Assembly: GCA_964187785.1 (NCBI GenBank)
Contig: OZ076409.1
Location: 84,384,001-84,448,000 of the forward strand
Direction of reading: 5' to 3'
Source: Amphiscolops sp. MND2022
Taxonomy: Eukaryota
DNA: 64,000 nt
How positions within the stretch are numbered: the stretch's first letter is position 1; every line of letters starts with the position of its first letter. Shown here piece after piece: positions 61,556-64,000 of the stretch. A program made the translations under genes and the position numbers. The notes beneath the pieces are model-generated. The model ran no database searches, was not told the origin of the DNA, and saw only the letters and a program-made list of their open reading frames with translations.

Positions 61556-64000
61556 TTAAACATTAGAAGAACTGGACATAGACTCGCTGAGGACGGATGA
61601 GGAACGGGATCGAGCAGCTCTCTTCTCAGTCCGTTTACGTTTACTGCTACTGGGTACCTTCAATGCCGCATCATCCAGGACCGAAGACGTATCATTGGCT
61701 TCCACTTGAGCGGACCCAACTGAAGGCTCTGAGACTGCAGAACGATAAGAGGATAGAAGCGACTTGTATATCTTCGTCCGCCCAAAGACATCAACCGTCT
61801 CCCAAGGGTCATAAGTAGGCGAAAAAGCAGATGACCCAAAAGAGGCAGAAAGAAGGGAGAAATTGGTGAGGTTAGACTCACTCGCACACCTCGCTACAGA
61901 GCCAGGAACCCCGATCAAATAGCTCTGGATGGGGAGAACGACATCAATGAAGCGGCCCCGTTGTCCGGAAGTATCAACTCTGCCCACCTTTACAACTGGA
62001 AATTCAGGACCCACTGTAGTGATGCAAAGGCAGCACAACTTGAATAAGTGGAGGAGATGCTCTCGTGTTTGCAGGAAATCAAGGTTCATCAGGAAATCTA
62101 TGAGGTCCTTAGCCTCTTCAGTAACTTCGAGCCCACCAGAGTACTTAGCGCGGAGGTAGTCAATTAGTTCAACATATTGATCCCTGCAGGCTGCTTCGAC
62201 TGAGGCACTGATCCAAGAACGGCGCTGAAACGTACTAAAAAGGATGTCGAAATGCCGGAGCGCCACTTCCGTGGGACGTTTGACCATAATGTGAGGGTCG
62301 AATGCAGCCAGCCCCTTGATGATATTGGAACTGAGCCCAGCTTGTCGCAGTACTTCACTAATTAGGTACTTTAAATAAGCCATGGCATCCTGGACGAACT
62401 CAGTCTTGATGGTCTCGGCTGTTTTTTGGACCAGGGCCCGATCCGACCGTTTTCCAGAATGGACCCCTTCGGCTTTTCGCTTGCAAGCAGAGGCAACCTT
62501 GTTAGTCATATTGAGCCGGACAAGAAATTCTCCAGCAGTCATGAGGGTTCCGTCACCCACTTGGAATCCCAGGAGGAGAAACCAGGCACTTGGCAAAGGA
62601 ACCGAATCGCTAGTGAAACATCTGAAGCACAGCTGGTAGACGAATTTGGAAACCTCCCCACAGAGGAAGAATGAGGCGTCTCGTCTATGATGAGTGTTGA
62701 CAATGAAGCTAGTGTTATCTAAGGAAAGGAATTGGTGCAGTTTAGAGTAGAAAACCTGACTAAAGATAATAAAGGTACACTAACAGTCACTGACGATCCG
62801 GCAGAAGAGTTCCAACTTGACAAGAATAAATTCGTCACAAATTAGCCCCCACTCAAAACTTTGCACCTGTAATAAGGCCCTGTATTAGTACAATAGATAC
62901 TGAACGGAAATGGGGACTCATCCTTCTATATACCTCAAGCAACTCCTAATCAGCATATATTTAAAGGCTGTAAGGATCTGGTTACTTACCCGAGTACGGA
63001 CTCCTTGACCTTGTTGCTTTGGCACGTGCGTCGTTAAGTAGCTTGTTATCGGCTTCCACTCCTCGATCAGTTCCTGGCAAAGGGTCGGTAAAGTGGAGAG
63101 CTCCAATTTGCAGCTGGATATGGCCTGGGAAGGAAATCGCAACTTAAACTCGAACAACTAAGGAAATTCGCTCCTCCCCCCCCCCAGTTAACACCTGATT
63201 GATCACGATTACAACACTAGGAAGGTGAACGTTATTTACCTGGGCTAGCTCTGGACTGCGTTGGTACCAGTCTTCGGAATGCGCTCCACCAAGAGAGATA
63301 ACCAGACCACGTAGGACTGAGAAAAAATCTATGTGGCCAAAGACACTGTAACTGGTCTTATGCATCATCTTGGGTAGATTCAATTGGTCAAACCGGAAAC
63401 AACTCTGCACAGCGCGGGAGAAGAGGGGAGAATAATCAATTGTGCGAAGAAGATCGACAGAGCTTCCGGAGCACGCCACTATGTCAGCCTTGGTGGAAAC
63501 GACAGACAACAGTCGGGACAATGATCCCAGTTCCCCGGTCAGGTCAGTAGCTGGTAGTTGGCTCCTGCAGATGAGGACCCGGTGAAGATTTTGGCCCTCC
63601 CAGTATCGTGCTGTCATGTACCGGTTAGGGCCCCTGTCCTCGAACTCTATGGCAAAGCACTGCTCAGCCGTAATCTGTTCTGCCAAGTGGTTCATAGCGC
63701 AGTTAAAGAAGTGTTGGAAGATGGCCTGAAATGGACAAGTACATTTAGTAACTTGGTCGATAACGCAAAAGCGATTGGTCAACTTACAGAAAAGAACCTA
63801 CCGTAATACGCTCTTCTGACCAATCGAAATCGCACAAGTTAGCCTGGTAGTCGGTGTGGGCACTGATTCTCGACCACAGACTCTTCAGCAGCGAGAAGTC
63901 GCCTTGGGTCTGTAGGAAGTCTCCTATGATGGACAGCTGTAGTTTTGCCCGCGACTCAGAGGTGACCAAGGCAGTAGGTCGCCCTTGCATGAAATCGTCG
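61556..64000 (-). CDS. Spliced antisense gene, probably 5'-partial, about 700 aa or more; hAT-transposase-like, probably catalytically inactive
   Basis: Exons >=64000-63802, 63725-63240, 63157-62990, 62866-~62795 and ~62755(or 62718)-61556 join in frame through GT-AG introns 63801-63726, 63239-63158, 62989-62867 and a fourth with uncertain ends. hAT-like blocks: FAIEFED..MTARYWE, LIEEWKPITSYL, DEFILVKLELF, IIKGLAAFDP. Confidence 0.72.

Larger units (their letters stand above)
53164..64000 (+). mobile_element. Apparently intact Ty3/Gypsy LTR retrotransposon; probably extends past the right edge; 5' boundary uncertain
   Basis: Uninterrupted gag and pol with PR-RT-RH-IN order. Candidate TG starts at 53164 (TGTGAC) or 53416 (TGTAAG). 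No LTR copy or PPT follows pol within the window. Confidence 0.85.

Noticed and set aside
63158..63194. 37-nt intron using the CAG|GTGTTA donor
   Set aside because: It is in frame, but the upstream CAG|GTAAAT donor (63239) is a better consensus and gives an 82-nt intron similar to its neighbour.

Overview
AT-rich eukaryotic (probably invertebrate) repeat-dense DNA with no recognisable host housekeeping gene; nearly all short ORFs in the track are noise. (1) 1-~30164: head-to-tail macrosatellite with a ~6.5-kb unit (about 4.6 copies, left end outside the window). Each unit is a patchwork of dead DNA transposons: a foldback/MULE-type MITE with a 9-bp TSD, a broken IS630/Tc1-like transposase, a 64-bp palindrome and a Helentron/HINE-like end at the unit junction. 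(2) 30.2-37.1 kb: MITEs (including a CACTA-type one) and a ~1.85-kb tandem duplication. (3) ~37.5-46.6 kb: decayed minus-strand Gypsy element lacking PR/RT/RH but carrying about 5.5 kb of cargo ORFs, including a TARG1/OARD1-like macrodomain. (4) 46.6-53.1 kb: unidentified degenerate sequence. (5) ~53.2-64 kb: intact-looking Gypsy element (gag, -1 slippery site, PR-RT-RH-IN). It is followed 230 bp later, with no LTR between, by a convergent, intron-containing gene of about 700 aa or more that looks like a catalytically dead hAT-transposase derivative. That antisense spliced gene is the best candidate for an undescribed system. All protein family calls come from by-eye motif recognition, not database searches.
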